Shown one piece after another: positions 1 to 14,730 of a DNA stretch of 64,000 bases. The notes below the pieces were generated by a model, which worked only from the letters and a program-made list of their open reading frames with translations, had not been told where the DNA came from and did not search any database. Within the stretch, counting starts at the first letter, position 1; each line of letters opens with the position of its first letter. The stretch covers positions 62,001 to 126,000 of the forward strand of contig KZ537997.1 in assembly GCA_000934665.2 (NCBI GenBank). Reading direction: 5' to 3'. This DNA comes from Catajapyx aquilonaris. Lineage: Eukaryota. Both the position numbers and the translations under genes were made by a program.

Positions 1-1072
1 TGTTTTTGGGAACCGAGATCTCAAGCATATTGTGCCTTTTTGAGAAATTTTTTGCACTGTTCTGAGGAAGTGTGCTCGTTATTTATGTCCTGCATTGTCA
101 CAAGTCTCATGGTGATCTTTTGTAAAAAATGGGAAGCAAGTACCTCCTCCACTTCGTGTATGTTACTGGTGGAGTTTCTTTGTAACATATTTGACCTTCC
201 CCTCGTCTTCTGTTCAAATGTGTAGTGGCTTCCATTATGTGTGAGTGAATGAAATAAATCGACTTTTTGCAGAGTAGTAGTAATTCATTTTCAACTGATA
301 TACTCTCTAGAGTAGTGCATGTGGCATCAAAATTGCATGTATGTGTTTCTTAATGTTCTGTTTTCTAGTTATCGAACTGGAACGTAATGGTCACGATGTC
401 AAATCTGAAGTCTGTTCAGGCACAATACCCGAGAAGCCGGAAGTGCTGTCGAATGAGAAAAGCTGTGAAAACACAAACTCAACATGAAGTCCTACACAGA
501 GACAGCTAAATGCGTTGGTATGCTGTGATGATTCCTGAACATGGAGGGAAATTTCATGCCAGGATGTATATAAAGTGTGCAATATTATTTGGGTGACTTG
601 AATTGTCTGTTGGGTCTCCAGAATACTTAGATTATTTAATTCATATACACCATAACATGAGTATTGTTGTTAAGTCGAATGTTACCTTCCATCATGGCAT
701 TCCTGCAGTTTCAGGAACCGTGGCCATTAATAATACAACTTGACAGGTTCAGCAGAGCATGCTCTGCCTTCCTTTAACGTAAGCACTGGTTGGGTGCTTT
801 TATTCCAAAAGCAAATGTAATCATGGATGCCTGTTCCCTAGTGACATGTGATACTATTAAATCAAACAATATTTGGAATGATTTGGAAGGACAAATTCAA
901 ATGCTTGCATCAAAATTCAGAATGAATTCTTTTTCTGCATTGTTAGTATGGTACTCCTGTTTTCACAGGCTTTTGCAAGTTATCTGTACAATCGACTGAA
1001 ATTGCAGCTTGTTAAACATTTGTAATACCAGGGGTGTAATTATAGTGTAAACACAGACCTGTGTTATTCATG

Positions 1073-1830
1073 TACAGGGTTTGGCAAAATTTATAACAGG
1101 ATTTGAATCACGTGGTATGGGGTGCTATTTGCACATGAGCGAGAGATTGGGATGTGCTGGAGTGGGGAAGGTATGCCATTTGCAAAAATAGCGTCGTGGT
1201 CAGCAGAAAACCATGCTTTCGTCGTGGAGGATTATTTTGAAAATAATGAGTCCCCCATAGCTGTACAAAGTATCTTTCTTCGTCTTTTTGGGCTGGAACC
1301 TCAGGACAAAGTCCCTGACCACCGGACGTTCATAAAGTGGGTGAAGCAGTTCTGGGACACAGCTTCAAGCCGGGACCAGACAGCACTGGATGTAAAAGGA
1401 CACATCAGACCCCTCAACGGAGCTTCAAATGGCCTATCGCTGAGAACTTCAGAGTAGAGTATTGCTTACCTCTTGTACCCGTTGAGGGGTCCTGTGTTCT
1501 TTGACGTCCAGTGCTTTCTGGTCCCGGCTTGAAGCTGTGTCCCAGAACTGCTTCACCCACCTTATGAACGGTCTGGTGGTCGGGGACTGTGTCCTGACGT
1601 CCCAGCCCAAAAAGACAAAGAAATATCCTTTGTACAGCTACGCGGAACTCATTATTATTTTTTAATGTAATTCTCCACAACAAATGCATAGTGTTCTGCT
1701 GACCATGACGCTATTTTTGAAAATGGCATACCTTCCCCACTCCAGCACATGCCAATATCCAACTCATGTGCAAATAGCACCACCGTACCATGTGATTCAA
1801 ATACTGTTATTCATTTTGCCCAACCCTGTA
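1073..1830. mobile_element. Long foldback MITE (~350-bp arms), TA-flanked, Tc1/mariner-like ends
   Basis: Ends tacagggtttggcaaaat... and ...attttgcccaaccctgta; the arms (1073-~1417, ~1480-1830) are reverse complements over their whole length. Confidence 0.85.
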
Positions 1831-2108
1831 AATGTATGCTAAATTATGTAAAGGAAGTGCCTGGTGGTTGCAGGAGAAGTCTGCGGGAAAGAAATTCCAT
1901 GAGAATTATTCATGAGAAGGAAAATTAGGCATTCCCTTTGTAGTGATTGGTTCTCGTATAAGTTCTGCTCCAACTTTCACTACCACCATTGAGAGTCTAT
2001 AGCACAGGCACATATCTTGCTATGATCAACTGTTTATAACATCAGGTTGGCTGAGGACTAAACTGCTGTATTAATGAAATATTGAAATGTTAAATAATAA
2101 TTACACTA

Positions 2109-2218
2109 CTACAGTTGACTCGGGATATAACAGCCTTGGCTGCAACAGATTCTCGATTATAGCGGACTGATTTTGGCACTCCATTGAAGTCTTGTTATAT
2201 CTCGAGTCGACTTGTATA
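2109..2218. mobile_element. Short TA-flanked MITE (pogo/Tigger-like ends)
   Basis: tacagttgactcgggatataac ... gttatatctcgagtcgacttgta. Confidence 0.55.
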
Positions 2219-2652
2219 TATACGAGTTTCTGTAATGTTTGGCATCGTATAGCTTGGATAAAAAGCTTGCAGTGCACCATAACCTGTGAATATCAAGTAG
2301 AATATATCGCAGGATTAGTGCTTTATCAGTACATGTGCACACTTTTGATGAAGCTTAAGAACATAGAAATTCTTTATATTGGACACAATATTTGTGGTGC
2401 TTGTAGCTTTCATATTGCATGTAACAGAAACTAATGGGACAAAACAGTGCATGCTCCTGTTATCAGAAACAAAAGGATGCCTAGATTAATGCAGCTGGAT
2501 CTGCATGAATTGTTCAGCATAAATGCACATACCCTGTACATTATGAATATCAGTTATTGCTCAACTTACAAACTCCACATATTTTTATTGCATAAAATGT
2601 GAAGAGAGTGAATCAAATGAAACCCATTCTTGCTGTCTCGAGAGGATACTAC

Positions 2653-2989
2653 TATAAGCTGGGTAGTTCTTTCACACGTCTTGGGGTATATCGCATGGAC
2701 CTTTATTAGCCTTTGTGGACAATCTACACATTGGGAACCTTTTTACGAAACACCCTGGTCCAAGGGCAGGGTACTGGGAGGGGATGTGCAAAGTGCAAGT
2801 GCAATGTCTATAATGGTTCCTTTTTTGAACTCCCCCGAGTGGTTAGTCTCAAGGTCTCCCACCCGAGAAGAATACAGAAACAACCCATCTCTGCGCGAGA
2901 TGAAGGAGGGAATGCCCGGGCTTGGAATCGAACCAGGGGCTCTTACATCCATGGGAGCGTACGTTTCCACAGTGCCACTCCACTTCCCC
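2653..2989 (-). mobile_element. tRNA-derived SINE, family B copy 1
   Basis: Minus-strand tRNA-like head with B box ggttcgattcc; similar to 29665-29991; imperfect TSD gagaggatac(t/c)act at ~2640 and ~2995. Confidence 0.75.
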
Positions 2990-3008
2990 TCTGGAGAGGA
3001 TACCACTG

Positions 3009-3765
3009 AACTTGGAATTTCTACCACAGCAAGATAGTATCAATAGCTTGTAAATGTATAGGTCAGAGCCTGCGCGCGCAGAACATGAACGGCACCGCAG
3101 CCAATCCAAGCTTGTGTGTGCACTGTCGAGCGTGCCTAAGGGATATCAGAGCATTTTCATTCCATTTCTGATGGCCAAAGGCAATAGATCTGCGGAAACC
3201 CATTGGAGGTTGCTTATGGTGCGTGGTGCATGGTGCATTCAAGTAAGCAAGATGTACTAAGGGGCTCAAATTGTTTTGGCCACTTTATCCTGGTCTTGAA
3301 GCAACCCTTCACACACACACACAACTGCTCAACGTGGGGCCTGTGCGAAGGGTTGCTTCAAGACCAGGATAAGTGGCCAAAACAATTTGAGCCCCATAGT
3401 ACCAACAATCCTCCCACATCAGCTGGTCCACACATGTAACGATGGCAGGTGTGATTGCGGGCCGAGCTTGGCCTGGTCGGGGAAGGTCAGCAGTGGATTG
3501 TCTGCCATCTGGAAATGTTGAACCATTCAACGACGGCAGTCGTTGTCACACCGCTGGTAGCTTACACCATAAGCATCCTCCGATGGATTTCCGCGCCTTT
3601 GGCCACCAGAAATTGAATGCAAATGTGCCGATACAGCTTGGGCACGCTCGACAGTCCACACACCATTTTGGATTGGCTGTGGCGGCATTCTTGGTATGTG
3701 CACGCAGGCTCTTACATACGCATAGAAGGTATTGATACTATCTTGCTGTGGTGGAAGCTTCAAGT
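3009..3765. mobile_element. Foldback element with a nested younger MITE at ~3261-3395
   Basis: Outer arms cagcaagatagtatcaata / tattgatactatcttgctg; inner near-perfect inverted repeat ggggctcaaattgttttggccact...agtggccaaaacaatttgagcccc. Confidence 0.8.
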
Positions 3766-4417
3766 CCCTGCATTCAACAGTATTCGCTCCAGACACCAAG
3801 TACGGGTTTCATTTGATTCACCTAATAGAATTAACACACGGTGGAAAATATCCTTTCCCTTCTAATGATAACATGTAGATATGTACAGTATTTAGTATCT
3901 GATGATTGTGATTATCCAAAGAATTTTATGACTGTTGTGTCTCCTAACTCTGAAGGAAAGGTTTTGTACCTGCTGATTTTGTGACTATTATGCCTACTCT
4001 TAACAATTTAAATAAATTATGTGATTCAATAATTTTATGCAACTTTTATTAACATACAAGAGTGTACAAGGAAATGTGATTCAATACTAATATTATGCTT
4101 TCAATATTGGTCATGGTTTAGCGTGACGACTAATCACAAAATTATCACAATTTACTTCCATCAGTTTCATTACATACAAAGCATTGAAAAATAGGCTAAT
4201 GTCTACATTTTTTTATGCCTTTGTTTTTTTCTGTACATGAACAGCACCTCATAAATGCAAACTCTTTTGGGGAATAAGTAAAGAAATACACATCTCTAAA
4301 GTGAACATGTACATGTACAAGATTTTGGGGTTCCCATTGGTAACAAACAGGTACATTCAACCTACTACCTTTCAAAAAGAAGAAAAAAAATTCTACAGTA
4401 CAAATACAGTCTGATTC

Positions 4418-7400
4418 TTACTGCTCCTTTTTTGGCTCATCAAGATGCTCAAAACCATCATCTGAATTTCCATTGACAGTGTGTTTCATTGGAAGAGTTG
4501 CCTTCTGGTCGGTCTCACTTCCTGAGCCCTGCTCCTTTATATCTTTTGCATCCGGATCCTGCTCCAAGGAAGTAGATCTCTTCGCCTTGCGGTGGCTCCA
4601 GAAGTACTTGTCAAGGCGTGTGAATCTGTACTTGAGGCTGGCCTTCTCATCCACCTTCTGCGGTATGACCACTGAGGTTGTAATTGTATTTCCCAGGAAG
4701 AGAATAAAGAAGAGGGCACTCGACACTGGTACCTGCAAGAGAATACAAACAGAAATGGTCACATGGTGCAGGTTACTACCTTGCACGAATATGAAAAACA
4801 ATAAAATAATGGGCATGTTCTAGGGATGCTGAAATAGAACTAATAACAATGCTGTCAAGTTGTACTATCGGACGCATAAACAATGTCCGGGGAGATTCTT
4901 CGTTCAGCCTTGCGGAAGCAACCCATTGCACCTGGGTAGCTAAGGGAGGAGGGAAAAAACTCAGCAGATGAGCACGGACGTACACACAAGTGTGTGTGTG
5001 CACATCTGTGCAATGGTTTGCCTCCACCAGGCTGAACGAAGACTCTCCCCGGACATTGTTTTTGCGTCCTATAGTACATTAGTAGCATTATTCCTATCAA
5101 GAAATAATCTCCCCAGCCTGAGAAAATACTGCTGACTAACCTGCCAAGGTGAGTCAGGCTGAAAGGCTAGCTGGTAGAGCTTGTATGCATTGTACAGCTC
5201 GAAGAGATATCCGATGTATAGGAATGGCAAGAGGAATGACAGCCCTCTCCACATCCAAGAGTGGAAGCCCTCTATAGTAATGTCCATATTGTGCCTCTGT
5301 CCCAGAGCTTTCAACCGATACAAGCATCCTCTCTGGTACCGGAACTGTAGGTACTGAACAAAATTGATGTACACATTGAACAGCATGAACTGTAGTCGGA
5401 AGGAGTAATAAGCTGGACCCTGTGGCCAGATTAATAGGATTGCAGCCAGGACGGTGGAGATAAAGTGGTGGGCTCGCCACCAGCCTTTGATGCGTGAACC
5501 GTTCACCTTCAGGATGCTCTCGCGGATTGTCAGAGTGCAGTAGTACCACACTAACAGGAACATGTACGATAGATCCAGTACCCTGAAAGAATGCATCAGA
5601 GTTTTGGTACTTAATGGAATGCCCCTCATATGATAGAGCTTCTAGTCCAAGTAAGTGGCAATTTGGACCATGTTTCTGTGAAACACCACCAGATAACATA
5701 AAAGTGGCACTTCCTTTCCATGACTGGTAATGGATGGTTAACATCCTGTAACTTCTGTAAACTTGGACTAGAATCCTTGCAATTTACATAGTCAAGTGGT
5801 ATAATTATATTAGCTACCTGTTATTTGTCACAAGGATAAGCAGTGACATCAGTGTCCCAATCCCACAGAGGATCAGCTTGAACTTTTCATATTCATCTTT
5901 ATATGCAAACCTGCAAAAATTCAATATATATGCTTGGTTTCTTCACCTTTTTATTGGGCCGTTAAGAGCTAAAAGTTGTTAAATGCTTCATAAACAAACT
6001 TAATTGGCATTAGCTCTTAACTGTTGGATTGCAAAAGTTGAAGAAACTGATTTAATGCCCAACTATACATCTTGTGATGACGAAGTACTTACTTTTCTTC
6101 CTTGTTTAGAATGGAGACATTGACATTTCCAAGTATGACTTTCAGGTAAAGACCATTTGGCTTGGGCAATGCCTGCTCCATTTCATTAAGTTGCGCTTCT
6201 CTCCTCATAACATCCTTGGTCATACAGTACTTCTCCTCTTCCAATTCTTTTCCTTTCACTCTGTAATGTAAATACACGGCTCAATTGAATCAACCTTTAG
6301 CATTACATAAGCACTTTCACGAGGTAAACTTTACTACACAGATGAAAGCTTCTAGCTTCTGGTATATTTTTAAATAGGCAATAAGAGTCCCTAACTATAA
6401 AAATAAATTGCTGATTCATTGGCCCACCCTACAGGCACAAAACATGTCTAGTGATAAGGAAAAAGGAACAATTCATGACTAATAATTTCCTTCCTCCATG
6501 GCTATCATGAGATGACAGACATGTTTAAATTGTGTGAAACTTGCTGCATTTGTGCACAGTGTGTCTGGTTATATAACATTCTTATGCAACTGATAACTAT
6601 AGCAGGAGAAGATATCAGGATATCTTTCAATCTGTCCAGTAGGTGACATGGTTCATACAATACTCTCTGAACTTATAATGACTCGTGTATCATTTCCTTT
6701 CAACAGCACTGTATTTGTACTCTTTCTGCAAAATCCAATAATAACATCGAAATAGTAGTGTTGAGCTTTGCGGCATAGGTCAAAACCTAGTTATGCAGCT
6801 AATGATAACACTGCTTAGACAGCTGCATAAATCTGTGAAATAAACACCTATTTTCAGTAATGAGTTATTAGGTCTTAAAGTATTTTCCACTTGCAATTTG
6901 TACACAAATTCAGGGGGTGGATTCATCAAATGTCGGAAGTCATAATTTCATTGTAACCATAGTTATATATATGCCGGCCTTGGTGGACTAGTGGTTAGCG
7001 CGCTCGCCTCTGGTCCCAAGGTTGTGGGTTCGAACCCGGCCAAGGTTGGTGACTTTTCTCTGGGTGGCAGAAAAGTGAGAGTGCGCCTTCCTTCAGAGGG
7101 GAAGTAAATCCGTCGGTCCCATGTGCTTGTGACATTGCACGAGTGCACGTTAAAGATCCCCAGAGTGGCCAAATTTCCAGGAGAAGGACCACCCCCTGGC
7201 GTCGGTGTTGAGCCTTAGAGGCAGAAATAGGCCGACATTAAGCCCCACTGAACCCAGTTAGTTAATTGTGAGTAACTATGGTTACTACCACTTACGACGA
7301 AAATATTATTTGACTTACAACATGTGATGAATCCACCCCCCATGACTCCTTGTTCACCATTCAACTCAATGGAGACTTTCAATTGTCATACCCCTACATT

Positions 7401-7843
7401 ATTATTGTCGTTGTTGTTGTACACACTTGGCCCCCACCACCTTGGCTATTACCACTATACCCACAAAGCCTCCATTGAACTGTAGCCTACCATATGCTAG
7501 TCACACTTTCTCACTAAAATACAATAAAACACTGCTTTCCCCCTCGCATCGTGGATTCCTCTGTGCAACCTCACCGCTTGAGCGACTTGCGAATAATGTT
7601 GAGTCTGTACTTCTGGTGTCCCAGCCCCTTGACACACTTCTGCTGCAGGTCACGCAGCTCATCCAGCTTCTCCACATACTGCTTATGAAGCGACTGCAAC
7701 GTGAACGAGTGACAATCATGAAAATTTCCCATCAGCACAAGCCAAACGGCTCTATTTGCAGTGCTTCTTACTTCCAAGGACCTGTATTCCTCGCTGAGGT
7801 CCTTCCACTCCTTCAGGCACGAGTTGAGGTCCAGCGGGTCCAT
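4418..7843 (-). CDS. TMEM120: Transmembrane protein 120 (TMPIT/TACAN family), 6 exons
   Basis: Exons 7843-7772, 7693-7575, 6260-6093, 5910-5818, 5582-5141, 4732-4418 join in frame via GT-AG introns. Motifs: LP(K)[79 protein letters not shown]. Confidence 0.95.
4862..5077. mobile_element. MITE in TMEM120 intron 5
   Basis: ~70-bp inverted arms gtactatcggacgcataaacaatgtccggggag / ctccccggacattgtttttgcgtcctatagtac. Confidence 0.8.
6913..7340. mobile_element. MITE (Harbinger-like ends) interrupted by a SINE
   Basis: TIR gggggtggattcatca / tgatgaatccaccccc; internal gtaaccatagtta / taactatggttac flank the SINE. Confidence 0.75.
6973..7250 (+). mobile_element. tRNA-derived SINE, family A copy 1
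   Basis: A box ggtggactagtgg, B box ggttcgaaccc; central ccttcagaggggaagtaaatccgtcggtccc...gcacgttaaagatccc; near-identical to 48388-48670. Confidence 0.9.
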
Positions 7844-8463
7844 CGCTGAGGCACCCTCCCGCCCTCCGACAGCATGCACCACACACCGCCCGACTCACAC
7901 TGACCACTCTTCAAGTGTTGATTATGAGAGCAGACTACGTACAAAAATTAGAAGAAAAAAAAATGTAGGAAGGCGAAGCCGATTCATCATATGGTATCAT
8001 TTTCCTATTAGTCATTAATTGTAACCTTTGCTATTTTACACTACCACTGGAAAGTAAATAGCTGCAGGTGAAATAAAATTAATATTAAAATGCGGCTGCG
8101 TGTATTTAGAAATGTCAAGGTTTGAGAAGATATTACACGGTGTTAGTTGCGCATTGGGCCACGGATTGGACCAATCGAAGAGCTGTGATAATAAGTAAAT
8201 CGCGTATTGTAATAGTTGCATCATCCTCGTCATACTTCCTGACAAGCTTAAATATAAGTGTGCTAATTTTAACTTATTAATATTTAAATTGTTAATTTAT
8301 AGTTATGAAAGGGATTAGTTTTGAGGAGTTGATTTTCAAAGGAAGCGACGGCAGGAACGATTCCGACGCGAGATTCTCCTCCATCTTTGGTACATGCCGT
8401 CGCGTCGGGTTTGTCCGCACGTGAGCCGCAGCATTTTCCTCTCGCATTTGCTCAGCCATCATC
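7844..8463. promoter_or_regulatory. Putative bidirectional promoter TMEM120/C1QBP
   Basis: Divergent ATGs ~620 bp apart; CpG-rich flanks; CCAAT/ATTGG near 8165-8175. Confidence 0.55.
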
Positions 8464-11400
8464 ATGATGTGGGGCGTGAGCACACTCTCCCGTGTGGCAG
8501 CCCGTCTGGGGTCGGCCCTCCTTCACCAGCCAGCCGCCCCTGCACTGCCAGCACTGGCCAGCGGCACCCTGGTTCGAGCCGGCATGGCCTCGTCCAGCCC
8601 CGTGCTGCCCCTCCTGCAGTCCCCGCGCAGCTTCACCCGCTCGCTGTGGTACCTCTGCGGAAACCCTAACCCACACCGACAACCAGGCTGGAGCAAGACG
8701 TGCGGATGTGGCTGTGGAGCAAAGGGCGTACATACCAAGGGCAAGTATATTGGGCGGGGACAAGTGGCAATAATACAATGTCACAGGATTGACCTGAAGG
8801 AGAGTACCAGGTTGGAAAGAAGGACTGTAACGAGGAAGCAACCCACCCTGCCATCACCATGCTCATAGCGATATCTCTACAATGCGGAAAACAAAATGAC
8901 GATCTGACATCCTCATTTTGTTCTAATGCAACAATAGGCGTAAATAATCTTATTGTTGACACTGTTTACTCATATTGTTGTGTGACGATGACGTCAGATC
9001 GTCGTTTCGTTTTCCACACAGTACTTTTTGTCTCGGAATAGCTTTGCTTTAGCCTGCACACTCCTGAAGCAGAACAGCTCACATTCCCAATATGTGGATT
9101 GGAGATGGAGGAGTATGCAATGTAATAGCCGTCATAATTATTGATGCACTGGCACTAAAATAAAATGCAACAACGTGGTTGCAAGGTTGGAACTTATGGA
9201 GAGTGTCTCATGACCTCCCAACTGAGAAATATCAAGGAGAGGGGCAAAGGCAGTGCCTCTCTTTTTGACAGTTTGGTCGCATGTGGCCCATGTAATGTTG
9301 CAGAAACTCACAACTGTCATTTGGAACAATCTGGAGATAATGTTTCTTAACTCAGCAAGAAGGAAAGGAGAGGTGAGGGGAAAGGGAATGATATTGGGAG
9401 TGATGGGGAAAGAGAGGTTACCAATGACAGGTGTATTGATTCTTGATTTATCTGTCTGGACCAAGACATCTTTGTCTGCTTTGGTTGTCCTTTTGTCATT
9501 TTAAACCTTGCCTTCTCCCCTGTTAAAGGCAGGGTACCCCATTTGTTGTTGATTCAACCTGTGAGTAGTACTGGTTAAATTATTGTCACATAATTTGTGT
9601 ATGTCACTCATCTGATACTCCAAGACACTGTTAATTATGCCATAATTATGTTCAAATATTCATATGTTGAATTGTTTGTTCACTTGTTGTTTATTTTCAT
9701 AACCATTGAACTTTAAAAGTAATGACAAATGGATTAATATGGCGCACTCTATTCCTCAGCAGACATAACGACTCCCAACCTGTGGGTTCGCTGCTACTCC
9801 AACACAACACAGCTGGATTCCCAAAGTATTATTCATGCCACCGGAATATTAATATCTTTCCACTTTCTTTTCTCTGCAACTTTAACTTTCTTTCTATTCA
9901 TACCTCGGTCTCCAGGACTGCATGACTATGAGTGCAATGTTTGAGCTGCTCGATTATTTTTCAGGTGACAAGGAGCTGATTGAATTCCTGTCAGAAGAGA
10001 TTGCAACAGAAAAGAAGAGTTCCAAGAAGGTACAGAAGGAAGTGGCTGGGTTTTCTGCCACTTTTGAGGATGCAGACATCACTCTGACCAAGAAGTTTAA
10101 TGATGAAATGTAAGTCTAGGGCAGCAGAGATATACAATCCCAATTCCCTTGAATCAGAATGAATGCATCACAGATTGTATTTTCTTGTTTGGATATTGGC
10201 AGTTTGTTAAGTTAACATTACTATTTCGACATGTTGCCTATACCCATGAGGGGTTTCTTGTGTGTCATCTAGGTGTACAGTCAGTTAAAAGAGCATCTTT
10301 CCACACCAGACCAAGGAATTAGCCTCCAACGGAGGTGCTGGCTAGGGGAGTTCGAGTTATTGCATCAGTGGGAAGCAGCACCTGTGTTGGAGGCTAATTT
10401 CTCGGTCTGATGTGGACAGATACTCCTTTAACTGACTGCACGCCATAGTTATGGATGGTTATTTTATCAGGTTACTCACTGGTTATAGGCTTGTTACTTG
10501 GACACTGTACACCAATTGCTTGGAAGTTACTACTCCCGTGGGAAATGTACTAAGTAAAAAAAACATTAGCAGTCAGTAATGATGCCAGACCTAGAGAGTA
10601 TGGTTCACCCAGAATGTTTTCTCCATAGGGTGGAAGTTAACTTAAATGTGAACCACACAGTGGATGCAGATATGCCTGAGGATGTGAATCCACAGGCAGA
10701 CAAGGTTGAATTCCCAGAGATGAAGTCCAAGCCCAATTTTGAGGTAGAGATCAAGAAAGGGAACAAGACGCTTAGTTTTACCTGCTCTTTTGTCCAGGAC
10801 ACTGGAGAACAGTCTGATGATGATGGTAAGTAGTATTTGTTCATAAGTTCAATTAATAAAGAATTTATTGGGCCAGAGAGATGTCATCACCTTGCCCAGC
10901 AAATATGTAAAATTTATATTGATACCAGCAATTATTAGCTATGAGTCATCGTTGACTTCTCCCGACTTGCTAAGGGACATGTAATTACTTTATGATGGAG
11001 GCATATGCTGTACTGTACTGTACAATGCTTATGTCCATAACACAATGTGACAAATACTGCTGGCACTAGATTCCAGGGGAGTGCATGATACGTCCAAAGG
11101 GTACGAGACCAACTTGAGCTTGAAGATGACATGACTGTGTTCTTTTATGAATATGGAATCTAGAAAATGATGCAAATTGGATGATTTACATCCACCTCTG
11201 CAAATGTGACAACAGCAGTGAGAAAATGTTTTTCAGTTGGAAATTGTGCGTGAAGATGCCATGTATACTGCTGGACACACTTGCAGTACAGTGATGGACA
11301 TATTTGCAGTCCCTAAATGGTTTTTTTTTCCAGCGGCGTTGGTGTTACCTGGCAACGGCACCGTTCCCGAGAGTAGGAGGGCGCATTCAGACGTAGCCTA

Positions 11401-13015
11401 TGGTGTGCGCTTCCCGTGTTCTTGCCATTGTTGCCACTGTTTACAGGGCAAGAGTGACGCGGACGACCCAGCAATGGGATCTGCCTGCTTACAGTAAAAA
11501 TGAATGGGATCGGGATAAGCAGGCAGACCTGTCACTGAGTCGCCCAGCATCACTCGTGCCTTGTAAACAGTGGCAAGAATAGCAAGGACATGGTAAGCGC
11601 TCACCGTAGAGGCATAGGCTTATGTTTGAATGCACCTCCTACCAGTGGCGGATTTAGGGGGGGGGGCACGGGGGCACGTGCCCCCCCCCCCCAGAGCTCC
11701 CCCAGAGGGGAAAAAACGGGAAAAAACAAAAAAAAACGGGGGGGAAACGCGCAAAAACCCTCAAAATTGCACTGTTCTATGGGTTATTTTCCGTTTTGCC
11801 CCAAATTTGGGCTCGAGAGTAAGGGTTGTGACCTTGAAGCGAAAAAAAATTCGCCTGCGGCGGGCCCTCCTCGTCCCCCCCCACCCATACCCTTGTGCCC
11901 CCCCAGAAAAAATTCCTGGATCCGCCACTGCCTCCTACTGTCGGTGGCGCTGCTGTCGGGAAAAAAACTATTTATGTCCAGCACCTTGTCCTGAACTGTG
12001 CGTACTGTTCCTGTTGGTGGGAACTTGGTGCTTGGGAAGAATGTCGCATACTGTTGCCACCGAGGGGTTATTCACTAAGGGTAGTCTGTGTACACCTTCG
12101 TGGGTAGTCCAAAGGGTAGTCCAGGTTAGTCCAATAGTCCGTGTACGCAAAAAAAGTGAATAACTCCTCGGTTACCACTTTATGCCTTATGGCACATAGC
12201 CACATACCTGTCTTCCTCTCTTATGTAACTGCATTCCTTCCTTGGATGTAGAAGTAAAATCAACTGCAACGGAGGTCAAGCTAACTTAGCATATTGACTT
12301 TAATCCTCAGTGGACTGCAAATGTGCCAGGCAGAGTGGTTTTCACTTGTGAGGACACACTTTAATCCAGCTGTATTACAGATAGAAGGAAACTTCTTTAG
12401 TTTGTGAGGGCTTTTCGTGGGTTATATTGTGTGATCTGATTGGCGTGGTTTTTATTGCTGGTGACATGCACTGATGGAAAATTTAAACAGGAAGGAACAT
12501 TGACATGTTCGATGCTGAGAACATACTTCAGTACATTGGTAGTGATTGTGTTCCGTTACATTTCAGTTGACATCTTCAACATTGACGAAGTCACCCTCTT
12601 TGAAGGTGATCACAATGACAAGATCTATGCCGTTGCTGGTGATATTTTGGATGGGGTAGGTACCACTATTTCTAGATATTCCACTTATTCAGCACAGATT
12701 TAAAACTACCATACTGTATAACATGGAATGGAAGTGTCGGAACTGTGCTAGAGCAATCTCCCAATAAAGAACCTACCTTGTTGTGTCTTTTCGCAACAAA
12801 TGTTCTTCCTGGGAACAATTTCTTCTGGTTTAAGAACTACGTTCAACATGTGCTTTTTGTTGCAGTACTTGTACGACTTGTTCATGAACATGCTGGAGGA
12901 AAGGGGCGTGACCAATGAAGCAGTGGAGAAGATATCCGATCTGGCAACTGCATATGAACACGAGTTGTATGTGTCTATGTTGGAGAGCCTGCAGAAGTTT
13001 GTCGCTGGGAATTAA
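8464..13015 (+). CDS. C1QBP: C1q-binding protein / p32 (MAM33 family), mitochondrial matrix, 5 exons
   Basis: Exons 8464-8740, 9965-10109, 10629-10825, 12567-12655, 12866-13015; intron 1 is GC-AG. Arg/Ala/Leu-rich presequence, then CGCGCG..HTKGDKELIEFLSEEIATEK, KSKPNFEVEI, DIFNIDEV, GDILDGYLYDLFMNMLEERG. Confidence 0.95.
10278..10438. mobile_element. MITE in C1QBP intron 2
   Basis: cagtcagttaaaagagcatc / tactcctttaactgactg; inner arms aattagcctccaac / gttggaggctaatt. Confidence 0.75.
11322..11966. mobile_element. Host foldback MITE in C1QBP intron 3
   Basis: Left arm gtaggagggcgcattcagacgtagcctatg...ttgccactgtttacagggc pairs with right arm gccttgtaaacagtggcaa...cataggcttatgtttgaatgcacctcctac. 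Confidence 0.75.
11643..11930. mobile_element. hAT-type MITE with 8-bp TSD
   Basis: TIR cagtggcggat / atccgccactg; perfect TSD cctcctac at 11635-11642 and 11931-11938. Confidence 0.9.
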
Positions 13016-13262
13016 AAGTAAAGCTTCCCCTGCCCATTGTTGGGAATTGCTGGTTAATAGTTCAGTTTCCTCCCAATAAAAAGTATTGTTCTCACTTTTA
13101 TGGAGATGTGTTATATTTATATTATGCTACACTTGATTGTGGTGCAGGTTAACAGGCAACAATGTGTTGTTAAAAGTCTTCTTTTGGTGACTGGGTGATC
13201 CAAAAGCATGGTGGTATGCAGCCTATTGTTAATGGCAGGTGTGCTGTTGACTTTTCCAACTG

Positions 13263-14730
<1,468 letters not shown>

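Noticed and set aside
1..1000. Possible decayed coding sequence on the minus strand
   Set aside because: Only short open stretches with no identifiable motif, and truncated by the window edge.
1122..3865. Several 60-135 aa ORFs, some with mirrored similarity on opposite strands
   Set aside because: Artefacts of palindromic MITE arms and a SINE; no recognisable protein motifs.
6973..7045. tRNA gene-like sequence (also near 48390, 29920-29990, 2920-2990, 20260)
   Set aside because: Each continues into a shared SINE body, with TSDs in several copies, and lacks a clean cloverleaf; these are SINE heads.
12230..12360. Possible H/ACA snoRNA in C1QBP intron 3
   Set aside because: Hairpins and an ACA are present but there is no ANANNA H box in the hinge.
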